This document shows, piece after piece, positions 15,728 to 24,439 of a stretch of 36,040 bases of DNA. Position 1 is the stretch's first letter, and each line of letters starts with the position of its first letter. The translations under genes and the position numbers were made by a program. The notes below the pieces were generated by a model. That model worked only from the letters and a program-made list of their open reading frames with translations. It searched no databases and was not told where the DNA came from. This DNA is from an uncultured Thermotogae bacterium (GTDB lineage: Bacteria > Bipolaricaulota > Bipolaricaulia > RBG-16-55-9 > JANLFV01): NCBI GenBank assembly GCA_964501855.1, contig CAZCTZ010000003.1:1-36040 (forward strand), given 5' to 3'.

Positions 15728-16525
15728 ATGAGGAGATTGTTGCCTCTAGCGATGGCGGTAAGCGTCAGTATCGGCATCGGTCTCGGCCTCCTGGCCTCGG
15801 CCCTCTCCGGATGCACCTCCCAGCCGGTCACCACCCAGGCGCTCGCTGCCCAGGGGAAGACCATTGTCGATCAGCTAAAGGCCCAGGAGGAGTCGGTCTT
15901 CGAGAGGATCGAGCGGCACTTCTCCGCGCTGAGGGCCCTCCAGGAAAAGCTCCTGACCTCAGAGGTGAGGGACGAGCGCCTCTACGATGAGGTCCTCTCC
16001 GAGCTCCGCAGGATCACCGAGGAGTTCGAGGCGCTCGTCGAGGACGAGGGGAAGATCAAGCGCGAGCTGCTCTCCCGGGAGCAGAGCCTGAAGAGGCTCA
16101 CCCAGAAGGCCAGGGAGAGGCTCGCCGAGCTCAAGGCGAGGAAGTTCGAACTCGAGCGGGAGCTCGCCTCCTTCCACCACCCCGATCCCGAGCTGGTCGA
16201 GGACCGGAGGAGGGGCCTCACCCAGGCGATCAAATACGTCCAGAAGCAGATAGAGCACTGGGAGAGGTTCCTGACCACCCAGGAGGGTATCGAGGACGCC
16301 GCGGGGGTGATCGAGCAGCACGTCGAGCGGTTCCTGATCATCGCCGAGACCAACGCGCTCGTCTACAGGGAGGCGCTGAACCTCCTCGAGCTCGAGCGGG
16401 ACATCCGTGAGGCCGCCCGGCTCCTCGCTGAGGTCCCCGAGCTGGAGCGGCTCGCCCAGGAGATGGTCGCCCACTGGGAGGTCCTCGACAACCTCGTGGA
16501 AGAACTTTTGAGCATCGGTCAGTAA
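15728..16525 (+). CDS. All-helical (coiled-coil) lipoprotein of unknown function
   Basis: The SD GGGAGG lies 8 nt upstream. The signal peptide MRRLLPLAMAVSVSIGIGLGLLASALSGC carries the lipobox LSGC. The remainder is rich in charged heptad-like repeats. The upstream part of track ORF 14645-16525 is antisense to rarA. Confidence 0.7.
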   Translation: MRRLLPLAMAVSVSIGIGLGLLASALSGCTSQPVTTQALAAQGKTIVDQLKAQEESVFERIERHFSALRALQEKLLTSEVRDERLYDEVLSELRRITEEFEALVEDEGKIKRELLSREQSLKRLTQKARERLAELKARKFELERELASFHHPDPELVEDRRRGLTQAIKYVQKQIEHWERFLTTQEGIEDAAGVIEQHVERFLIIAETNALVYREALNLLELERDIREAARLLAEVPELERLAQEMVAHWEVLDNLVEELLSIGQ

Positions 16526-16591
16526 AATGTTCGCTTCCCTGATCTACCTGAGGACGCTGTAGAGCGCGGGAAAGCCCGGGCCCAGGCCGGC

Positions 16592-16620
16592 TTGACACGC
16601 CCGGGGAGATGCGCTAATAT
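16592..16620 (+). promoter_or_regulatory. Consensus promoter for tRNA-Lys(CTT): TTGACA-17 nt-TAATAT
   Basis: -35 is at 16592-16597 and -10 at 16615-16620. The tRNA 5' end is 9 nt downstream of the -10. Confidence 0.65.
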
Positions 16621-16629
16621 CCAGCCGGT

Positions 16630-16702
16630 GGGCTGCTAGCTCAACTGGCAGAGCATCCGGCTCTTAACCGGAGGGTTGGAGGTTCGAGTCCTCCGCAGCC
16701 CA
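16630..16702 (+). tRNA. tRNA-Lys (CTT), no encoded CCA
   Basis: The acceptor stem is GGGCTGC/GCAGCCC and the D stem is GCTC/GAGC. The anticodon stem is TCCGG/CCGGA with loop CTCTTAA. The T arm is GGAGG-TTCGAGT-CCTCC. Confidence 0.9.
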
Positions 16703-16717
16703 CAAAATTTTTTGTGG
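16700..16717 (+). terminator. AT-rich palindrome CCACAAAATTTTTTGTGG overlapping the tRNA-Lys 3' end (possible terminator or T-tract)
   Basis: It forms a 7-bp A/U-rich stem with a 4-nt loop. As a classical intrinsic terminator it is weak. The same AATTTTTTGTG string follows tRNA-Val at 17854-17864. Confidence 0.3.
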
Positions 16718-16754
16718 TCGCGTTGAGGCTGAGCTCCTCTGGAGGCGAACCAGG

Positions 16755-17564
16755 TTGGGCGAACTCCCCCTTCTCAAAGGCGAAAGCGAGGAGGAGCTGC
16801 TGAGGAAAGCTGGCGAGCTCCTCGACCACGAGCCGAAGCTGATCGAGCTCCGGAGGGGAGCGCGCTGGGCCGTCTTCGTCGGGGACACCCACGGCGACCT
16901 GGAGGCGAGCCGGCGGGTGATCGCCCGCTACCTCCGGTCGGAGATGAAGCTCATCTTCCTGGGGGATTACGTCGACCGGGGACCGCATTCCCGCGAGAAC
17001 ATCCGGTATCTGCTCGAGCAGAAGCTCCGCCATCCCGAGCAGGTCTTCCTCCTCCAGGGGAACCACGAGGGCTGGAAGGTGGCGCGCTTCTCCCCGGCCG
17101 ACTTCTGGGAGGGACTCCCGCCCGAGCTGGCCGCCGCCTACGCGGAGGTGCTGGTCAAGCTGCCCTTGGCTGCGGTGACCCCCTCCGGGGTAATCGCCCT
17201 CCACGGCGCGCTCCCGGATGTGCCCACTCTCCATGATATCGACGAGATCGAGCCGGGGAGCGCCCCCTGGCGGCAGATCACCTGGGGCGACTGGCAGGAG
17301 CTCCCCGGGCGGGAGCTGGGTGAGCTTTGGGGCCGGCCGCGGTTCGGCCGGCGGTATTTCGAGGAGCTGATGGAGCGCTTCGGAAGGAGGGTGCTCATCA
17401 GGTCCCACCAGCCGGACGCACCACCCTTTCTCTTCGATAGGCGCTGTGTCACCATCTTCACCTCCTCAGCTTATGGGGGGCTCCGCCCGGAGCGGACCGT
17501 GGCCCTCGCGCCCCTCCAGGGAGCGCTCCGCTCGGGGAGTGAGCTGATCTTGGAGACGGTCTGA
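16755..17564 (+). CDS. PPP-family metallophosphoesterase (Ser/Thr phosphatase or ApaH/PrpE-like)
   Basis: It has the motifs GDTHGD, GDYVDRG and GNHE in canonical order. The TTG start follows the SD GGAGG with a 9-nt spacer. There is no in-frame ATG near the N-terminus. Confidence 0.8.
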   Translation: MGELPLLKGESEEELLRKAGELLDHEPKLIELRRGARWAVFVGDTHGDLEASRRVIARYLRSEMKLIFLGDYVDRGPHSRENIRYLLEQKLRHPEQVFLLQGNHEGWKVARFSPADFWEGLPPELAAAYAEVLVKLPLAAVTPSGVIALHGALPDVPTLHDIDEIEPGSAPWRQITWGDWQELPGRELGELWGRPRFGRRYFEELMERFGRRVLIRSHQPDAPPFLFDRRCVTIFTSSAYGGLRPERTVALAPLQGALRSGSELILETV

Positions 17565-17575
17565 TCCTAGTGCTC

Positions 17576-17604
17576 TTGAACCGGGGGGGCACCCCCGTTA
17601 TAAT
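17576..17604 (+). promoter_or_regulatory. Promoter of the tRNA-Lys/Glu/Val cluster: TTGAAC-17 nt-TATAAT
   Basis: -35 is at 17576-17581 and -10 at 17599-17604. The spacer contains the GC hairpin GGGGG-GCA-CCCCC. Confidence 0.65.
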
Positions 17605-17619
17605 GGCCTTGAACAATAA

Positions 17620-17691
17620 GGGCCGTTAGCTCAGTGGCAGAGCACCTGCCTTTTAAGCAGGGAGTCGCAGGTTCGATTCCTGCACGGCCCA
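17620..17691 (+). tRNA. tRNA-Lys (TTT), no encoded CCA
   Basis: The acceptor stem is GGGCCGT/ACGGCCC. The anticodon stem is CCTGC/GCAGG with loop CTTTTAA. The T arm is GCAGG-TTCGATT-CCTGC. Confidence 0.9.
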
Positions 17692-17697
17692 CAGGTA

Positions 17698-17773
17698 GTC
17701 CCCGTCGTCTAGGGGCCTAGGACACCGGGCTTTCAATCCGGCAACGGGGGTTCGAATCCCCCCGGGGACGCCA
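17698..17773 (+). tRNA. tRNA-Glu (TTC), CCA encoded
   Basis: The acceptor stem is GTCCCCG/CGGGGAC. The anticodon loop is CTTTCAA. The T arm is GGGGG-TTCGAAT-CCCCC, followed by GCCA. Confidence 0.9.
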
Positions 17774-17777
17774 AAGT

Positions 17778-17852
17778 GGGCGGATAGCTCAGAGGGAGAG
17801 CGCCTGCCTCACACGCAGGAGGTCGCAGGTTCAAGTCCTGCTCCGCCCACCA
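17778..17852 (+). tRNA. tRNA-Val (CAC), CCA encoded
   Basis: The acceptor stem is GGGCGGA/TCCGCCC. The anticodon stem is CCTGC/GCAGG with loop CTCACAC. The T arm is GCAGG-TTCAAGT-CCTGC, followed by ACCA. Confidence 0.9.
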
Positions 17853-17917
17853 GAATTTTTTGTGAGTTGTGAGCGCGGGACGGGATTGGAACCCGGCTCG
17901 GCTGCTTGCTCTCGGTA

Positions 17918-19858
<1,941 letters not shown>

Positions 19859-20042
19859 GGGGTGCTCTCCTTTCACTTCAGTTTCAGTTTTGGGGGTTTC
19901 GTTTCTACCCCTCTCCTCTTCCTCTCCGCCTCTAGCCTCTGAGCCGGTGCCCGGTGGACCGGTGAAGCGAGATCAGAGGCAACAAGTAGGCAGCAACAGA
20001 GCCTACGCCGAGAGCGATGACCCACTCGGCATAGGCTCAGGC
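19859..20042 (-). promoter_or_regulatory. Long structured 5' leader of acs (candidate cis-regulatory RNA)
   Basis: It spans from the predicted TSS near 20042 to ATG 19858. A 12-bp hairpin (20001-20036) is perfect only in the acs-sense RNA. An 8-bp stem (19935-19942 with 19973-19980) encloses three CCGGTG repeats. GAAAC repeats precede the SD. Confidence 0.4.
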
Positions 20043-20048
20043 AGGCGT

Positions 20049-20077
20049 ATTATACCTAGCCTGGGTCCCGATGTAAA
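20049..20077 (-). promoter_or_regulatory. acs promoter: TTTACA-17 nt-TATAAT
   Basis: On the minus strand, -35 is at 20077-20072 and -10 at 20054-20049, with an exact 17-nt spacer. Confidence 0.6.
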
Positions 20078-20150
20078 ATGACCTGGCTCAGGCCCGAGGG
20101 TGGCGGAAGACAAGCGCGAGTCCCACTCCGGTTGGGTTGAGAAGGGGGCG

Positions 20151-20179
20151 TTGCTCCGGATTTGGGGAGCTGCTATACT
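20151..20179 (+). promoter_or_regulatory. cysS promoter: TTGCTC-17 nt-TGcTATACT (extended -10)
   Basis: -35 is at 20151-20156, the TG at 20171-20172, and -10 at 20174-20179. This leaves a leader of only about 16 nt, with no SD, before ATG 20202. Confidence 0.55.
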
Positions 20180-20201
20180 GGTGAGTCGGTGAGCGCCCAG
20201 G

Positions 20202-21725
20202 ATGAAGGTCTATAACACCCTCACTCGGCGCAAGGAGGAGCTCATCCCCCTGGATGATGGGGTCATCAGGATGTATGCCTGCGGGCCGACGGTCCACGAC
20301 CGGTTCACCATCGCCAACGCCAGGACCTTCCTGGTCTTCGACGTGATCCGCCGCTACCTCGAGTTCAAGGGCTACAAGGTCATCTACACCCAGAACATCA
20401 CCGACATCGAGGACAAGATCATCAACCGGGCGAAGGAGCTAGGCGTTCCGGCACAGGAGGTCGCCGAGCGCTACACCGCGGAATTCTTTGAGGACCTGGA
20501 GCGGCTGGGGATCAGGCGGGCGACCTACCACCCTCGGGCGACGGAGATGGTCCCCCAGATCATCGAGTTCATCCAGGCGCTGATCGAGAAGGGCTACGCC
20601 TACGTCGTCGACGGCGACGTCTACTACCGCGTCCGCCGCTTCCCCGACTACGGGAAGCTCTCCGGGAAAAATATCGAGGAGTTGGAGGCGGGCGCGCGGG
20701 TGGAGCCGGACCCTCGCAAGGAGGACCCGCTCGATTTTGCTTTATGGAAGGCAGCCAAGCCGGGCGAGCCCGCCTGGGAGTCGCCCTGGGGCAAAGGGAG
20801 GCCGGGCTGGCACATCGAGTGCTCGGTGATGGCCATCTCCACCCTGGGCGAGACGATCGACATCCACGGCGGCGGCCAGGACCTGATCTTCCCCCACCAC
20901 GAGAACGAGATCGCCCAGTCCGAGGCCAAAACCGGAAAGCCGTTCGCCCGCTACTGGCTCCACGGCGGCCTGGTGATGGTCGGGGAGCAGGAGATGCACA
21001 AGTCCTTGGGAAACTTCGAATACGCCCGAGATGTGGTGGAGCGCCACGGTCGGGAGGCTGTCCGGTTATTCTTCTTGTCGAAACACTACCGCAAGCCGAT
21101 AAACTTCTCACATGAGGCCCTAGAGGAGGCGGAGGCCGCAGTCGAGCGAGTCTACAACCTGCTGGAGGAGATCGACTACGAGCTGAAGCAGCGTGGCAGC
21201 CAAAAAGAGGAGCCCTCTGAGGCGCTAGATGCAGATGCAGACTCAATGAGCGAGCGCGGTCTTGATTTTCTCCGTTACTTGGAGGGCGTTCGGGCGGAGT
21301 TCGAGCGCGAGATGGACGACGACTTCAACACCCCCGGCGGGCTGGGCGTAATCTTCGAGCTAGTCCGCCGGACGAACGCCTTCCTCCATGGGGCTCAGCT
21401 CCCTGAGGGGGACCTCCCGCTCCTCCGCCGTGCAGCCGAGCTGATCCGCGAGCTCGGCCAGCCGCTCGGCCTCTTCCAGGAGGCTTCGGAAGCCCGAACT
21501 AAAGCCACGATCGCTGGCACAGCTAGGGTCGCTGCTGCTTCCCAGGAGGAACTAACGGAGGAGTTGATAGACTTTATTGTCGAGGTGCGCAGCGAGCTGC
21601 GGGCCAAGCGGGAGTTCGAGCTTGCCGACCGGATCCGCCAGCGGCTGGGCGAGCTGGGGATCGAGCTCAAGGACAAGCCGGAGGGGACGAGCTGGTCCTT
21701 CAAGCTCAGGAGCAGGAGGCGCTAG
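20202..21725 (+). CDS. cysS: Cysteinyl-tRNA synthetase with non-canonical class I signature motifs
   Basis: By eye it is colinear with E. coli CysRS (NTLTRRKEE..., MYACGPT, WHIECS, HGGGQDLIFPHHENEIAQ, SLGNF, DDDFNTP). HIGH reads TIAN (20307-20318). KMSKS reads EMHKS (20991-21005). Confidence 0.9.
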   Translation: MKVYNTLTRRKEELIPLDDGVIRMYACGPTVHDRFTIANARTFLVFDVIRRYLEFKGYKVIYTQNITDIEDKIINRAKELGVPAQEVAERYTAEFFEDLERLGIRRATYHPRATEMVPQIIEFIQALIEKGYAYVVDGDVYYRVRRFPDYGKLSGKNIEELEAGARVEPDPRKEDPLDFALWKAAKPGEPAWESPWGKGRPGWHIECSVMAISTLGETIDIHGGGQDLIFPHHENEIAQSEAKTGKPFARYWLHGGLVMVGEQEMHKSLGNFEYARDVVERHGREAVRLFFLSKHYRKPINFSHEALEEAEAAVERVYNLLEEIDYELKQRGSQKEEPSEALDADADSMSERGLDFLRYLEGVRAEFEREMDDDFNTPGGLGVIFELVRRTNAFLHGAQLPEGDLPLLRRAAELIRELGQPLGLFQEASEARTKATIAGTARVAAASQEELTEELIDFIVEVRSELRAKREFELADRIRQRLGELGIELKDKPEGTSWSFKLRSRRR

Positions 21726-23094
21726 ATAGCGCAGACTCAACGGTGATCCGCCCGAGGTCGCTCTCCACCTTCCCCCCACTGCGGTGGATGGTCAGCCGGT
21801 AGAAATACTTCCCCGGAGGGAGCGGCCGTCCAGAGCTATCCTGTCCTCGCCACAGGAGGCGATCCCCGCTCGTCTCGCCCACAAATGCTAGAAGCCCCCG
21901 GGAGCTGTAGACCTCCAGCTTGAGGTGGGTCGCGCCCTGAACCCGGATGATGAGGGCTTCCCCACTGTGGTATTCGCTCAGCGGCTGGCCTTCCCCCTCC
22001 TCCCCGTCCCTGCCGCCCAAGCCGAAGCTAAGCCCCCGGCCGGTGGCCGCGCGCTCGACCTTCGCCCCGACGCTGTTGAGGATCGCCCCGGCCTGGGCGA
22101 GAGCCCTCTCAAGCTCCGCGAGCAGCTCACCGGTGGTTTTCCCCTCCAGGCCTGAGCTCGAGCTTGAGCCTGAGCTTGAGCCGGAACCGGGGCCGGTGAG
22201 GCTCCCAAAGAGCGTCAGAGCCATCTGAGCGGCCTTCCCGACATGCTTGGCCGCCTCGGCGAGCCGTCCGAGCTGGACCCCATCGAAGCTCAGGGGGGCC
22301 AGCTCGCCCAGCTCGGCTTCGAGATCACGCATCGCCTCCACCGCGCTGCCCAGGTTGAACTCCCTCAACGCTGAAGCGGCCGCACCTAGCGAGGCGGCCA
22401 TCCTGCAGAAGACCTCCCCGATGGCCCTCCCCTTGGCGATCTCCTCGGCCTGGCTGAGCGGTGAGGGCAAGCCCCTGCCGATCTGGATCAATTTGAGCCC
22501 ATTCCACTCCAGGATCTCACCCGCGGCCTCGAGCTGCTCGATCCCCCGCTCGAGCGCCGTGAAGAGGTCCCCACTGGAGCTGAAGTCGAGGTTGAACATC
22601 TCCCCGGTGACCCGGAGCGGCTCCCCGATCGAGAGCATGATCTCCTCGGTGAGCGAGAAGGCCGCGGGCTTCCGCTGGACGGTTATCACCGCCCGGAGGA
22701 GGTTGTTCCGCTCGTCGGATTCGGGGACTCGGCTGAAGGGACGGTCCACCTCCACGGTGATCTCATGAGGGCCCTCGGCCTCGACCGCCTGCCACTCAGC
22801 CCTAAGCTCGATGGCCCTCCCAGCCCTGAGCCCCCGCACCCGCTGGCGGGCGAGCAGCAGGCCGTCCACCTTGAAGCGGACCTCGAAGCTCCGGCTCACG
22901 TCCCCCCGGCCCTCATTGGCGATGGTCGCGCTGATCTCGACCTGCTCGCCCGGCTCCGGCTCGATGGGGTAGAACTCGATCTCCCGCACGAGCAGGTCCG
23001 GCTGGCCGGTCGCCCCGGGGACATGAGGGGAGGGCGTGAGGGCAAAGATCACCGTTAAGGTTGCAAGTAGAAGGATGCCCTTGAGCCCCCGCAT
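21706..23094 (-). CDS. Secreted protein: signal peptide, CARDB-like domain, helical middle, Ser/Gly linker, FlgD-Ig/T9SS-like C-terminal beta domain
   Basis: The N-terminus is MRGLKGILLLATLTVIFALTP. The CARDB pattern is PDLLVREIEFYPIEPEPGEQVEISATIANEGRGDVSRSFEV. The C-terminus is LKLEVYSSRG...LLWRGQDSSGRPLPPGKYFYRL. The last 20 nt overlap the cysS 3' end. Confidence 0.75.
   Translation of the reverse strand: MRGLKGILLLATLTVIFALTPSPHVPGATGQPDLLVREIEFYPIEPEPGEQVEISATIANEGRGDVSRSFEVRFKVDGLLLARQRVRGLRAGRAIELRAEWQAVEAEGPHEITVEVDRPFSRVPESDERNNLLRAVITVQRKPAAFSLTEEIMLSIGEPLRVTGEMFNLDFSSSGDLFTALERGIEQLEAAGEILEWNGLKLIQIGRGLPSPLSQAEEIAKGRAIGEVFCRMAASLGAAASALREFNLGSAVEAMRDLEAELGELAPLSFDGVQLGRLAEAAKHVGKAAQMALTLFGSLTGPGSGSSSGSSSSSGLEGKTTGELLAELERALAQAGAILNSVGAKVERAATGRGLSFGLGGRDGEEGEGQPLSEYHSGEALIIRVQGATHLKLEVYSSRGLLAFVGETSGDRLLWRGQDSSGRPLPPGKYFYRLTIHRSGGKVESDLGRITVESALSSASCS
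21716..21740. repeat. Third copy of the GCGCTAGATAGCGCAGAC element (identical to 53-77)
   Basis: It is an exact 25-nt match to 53-77. Its TAG at 21723-21725 is the cysS stop codon. Confidence 0.7.
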
Positions 23095-23129
23095 GGCCTT
23101 GGGTTCCCTCCTCTCGAAAAGTTGGCGGG

Positions 23130-23160
23130 ATTATAACCCACAAGTCCCGCACAAAGTCAA
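23130..23160 (-). promoter_or_regulatory. Candidate promoter of the CARDB gene: TTGACT-19 nt-TATAAT
   Basis: On the minus strand, -35 is at 23160-23155 and -10 at 23135-23130. The spacer is one or two nt longer than optimal. A divergent TTGACT at 23170-23175 may serve the ROK gene. Confidence 0.45.
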
Positions 23161-23222
23161 GCGCAAACGTTGACTGGGGGCCAGACTCTCGCCAATATTA
23201 AAGTGCGATACAGGCACCAAAC

Positions 23223-24350
23223 ATGGAGATGCGAGAGAGGGTCCTCGCAGGGTTCGACCTAGGTGGGACGAAGCTGGGGCTTGTCCTCGCCACCCCGGAT
23301 GGGCGGGAGCTAGCTCGGCTCCGCGAGCCGGTCGACCTGGCAGGGGAGGAGTTCAGCGACTACCGTGACGGGGTCGCCTACTGGCGGGTGAGCGCCCAGA
23401 TGGCTCAGCTCCTGCGGAGGGCGCTGGCTCAGGCCCAGGCCGAGCTGGCGGAGGGAGAGGGGAGGGGAGGGCTAGAGCTGGCCGCGATCGGGATCGGCTC
23501 GGCAGGGCCGCTCGCCGGCGGCTCCCTAAAAGATCCTTCCAACATCGAGCCGGTGCGCCTCCCCCCGAAGGGGGATAGGCCGCTCTATATCCCGCTGGTC
23601 GAGCCGCTCGAGCGCGAGTTCGGCGTGCCGGTCCGGCTGGAGAACGACTGCCTCGCCGGGGTCCTCGGCGAGGTCCACTTCGGCGTCGGCCGCGATGAGC
23701 CGGATAAGTCGAAGCTATTCGTGGTTTACGTCACCCTGAGCACCGGCTTCGGTGGCGGCGTCTGGGACGGCGGGCACCTCCTGCGGGGCAAGGAGGGCAA
23801 CGCCGCTGAGGTGGGCCACTTCCCCGTCTGCGCGGGCGCGAGCAGCTCCGATCCCGATCTCAAACCCAAGCTGAGGTTGAGGTGCGGCTGCGGGAGCTAC
23901 GGCTGCGCGGAGGCCTACTGCTCCGGGCGAGGGATCGCCAAGAACGCTAAGCTGAAGCTGCTCAACGAGGATCTGCGCCCGCGGGGCGAATATGGCACGC
24001 GCCTCTGGGAGCTAGCGGAGCACGAGCTGGAGAAGGTCACTGCCCCGCTGGTCTTCCAAGCGGCTGCGGCGGGCGACCGGCTAGCCCAGGAGGTGCTTGA
24101 GGAAGCGGCCTGGTGCGGCGGGCTGGCGTTCGCGGCCATCGCCAATGCTTACGACCCCCAGGTGATCACGGTCGGCGGCTCCCTTGCGCTGGCCCACCCC
24201 GAGCTGCTCGAGCCGATCACGGCTAAAATGCGAGAACACCTGAACGTCACCCCGCCTCAGGTGCGCTTGACGCCGCTGGGCGAGCGCGTCGTGGAGTATG
24301 GCGCGCTCGTCCTGGCTCGCGAGGCCCTCCAGGGGCGCAAGATCGGCTAG
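23223..24350 (+). CDS. ROK family sugar kinase (glucokinase-like)
   Basis: It has the N-terminal ATP motif GFDLGGTKLGL. It has ENDCLAGVLGE and the ROK zinc motif CGCGSYGCAEAYCSG. Confidence 0.85.
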   Translation: MEMRERVLAGFDLGGTKLGLVLATPDGRELARLREPVDLAGEEFSDYRDGVAYWRVSAQMAQLLRRALAQAQAELAEGEGRGGLELAAIGIGSAGPLAGGSLKDPSNIEPVRLPPKGDRPLYIPLVEPLEREFGVPVRLENDCLAGVLGEVHFGVGRDEPDKSKLFVVYVTLSTGFGGGVWDGGHLLRGKEGNAAEVGHFPVCAGASSSDPDLKPKLRLRCGCGSYGCAEAYCSGRGIAKNAKLKLLNEDLRPRGEYGTRLWELAEHELEKVTAPLVFQAAAAGDRLAQEVLEEAAWCGGLAFAAIANAYDPQVITVGGSLALAHPELLEPITAKMREHLNVTPPQVRLTPLGERVVEYGALVLAREALQGRKIG

Positions 24351-24439
24351 TCTCAACCGGGGGCTAGACGCGGCCTCACCAGGCTGCTAAAATCTAAACC
24401 AGAGACCAAAAAGCCGAGCAAGCAAAAGGGGAGATCCAG

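Noticed and set aside
17868-17912. A minus-strand string, GCCGGGTTCCAATCCCGTCCCGCG, that resembles a tRNA T-arm plus acceptor 3' half next to the tRNA cluster. This could have been an att-site scar.
   Set aside because: The T-loop would read TTCCAAT, with a pyrimidine where a purine is near-invariant. The stem pairs poorly. There is no matching 5' half, no identity to the 3' ends of the neighbouring tRNAs, and no integrase nearby.
20088-20297. A 69-aa minus-strand ORF across the cysS start, and the idea of a T-box or other leader riboswitch for cysS.
   Set aside because: The ORF overlaps the cysS promoter and N-terminus and has no SD or coding bias. The cysS promoter leaves only about 16 nt of leader, too short for a T-box. 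The structured RNA in this intergenic region belongs to the oppositely oriented acs leader.
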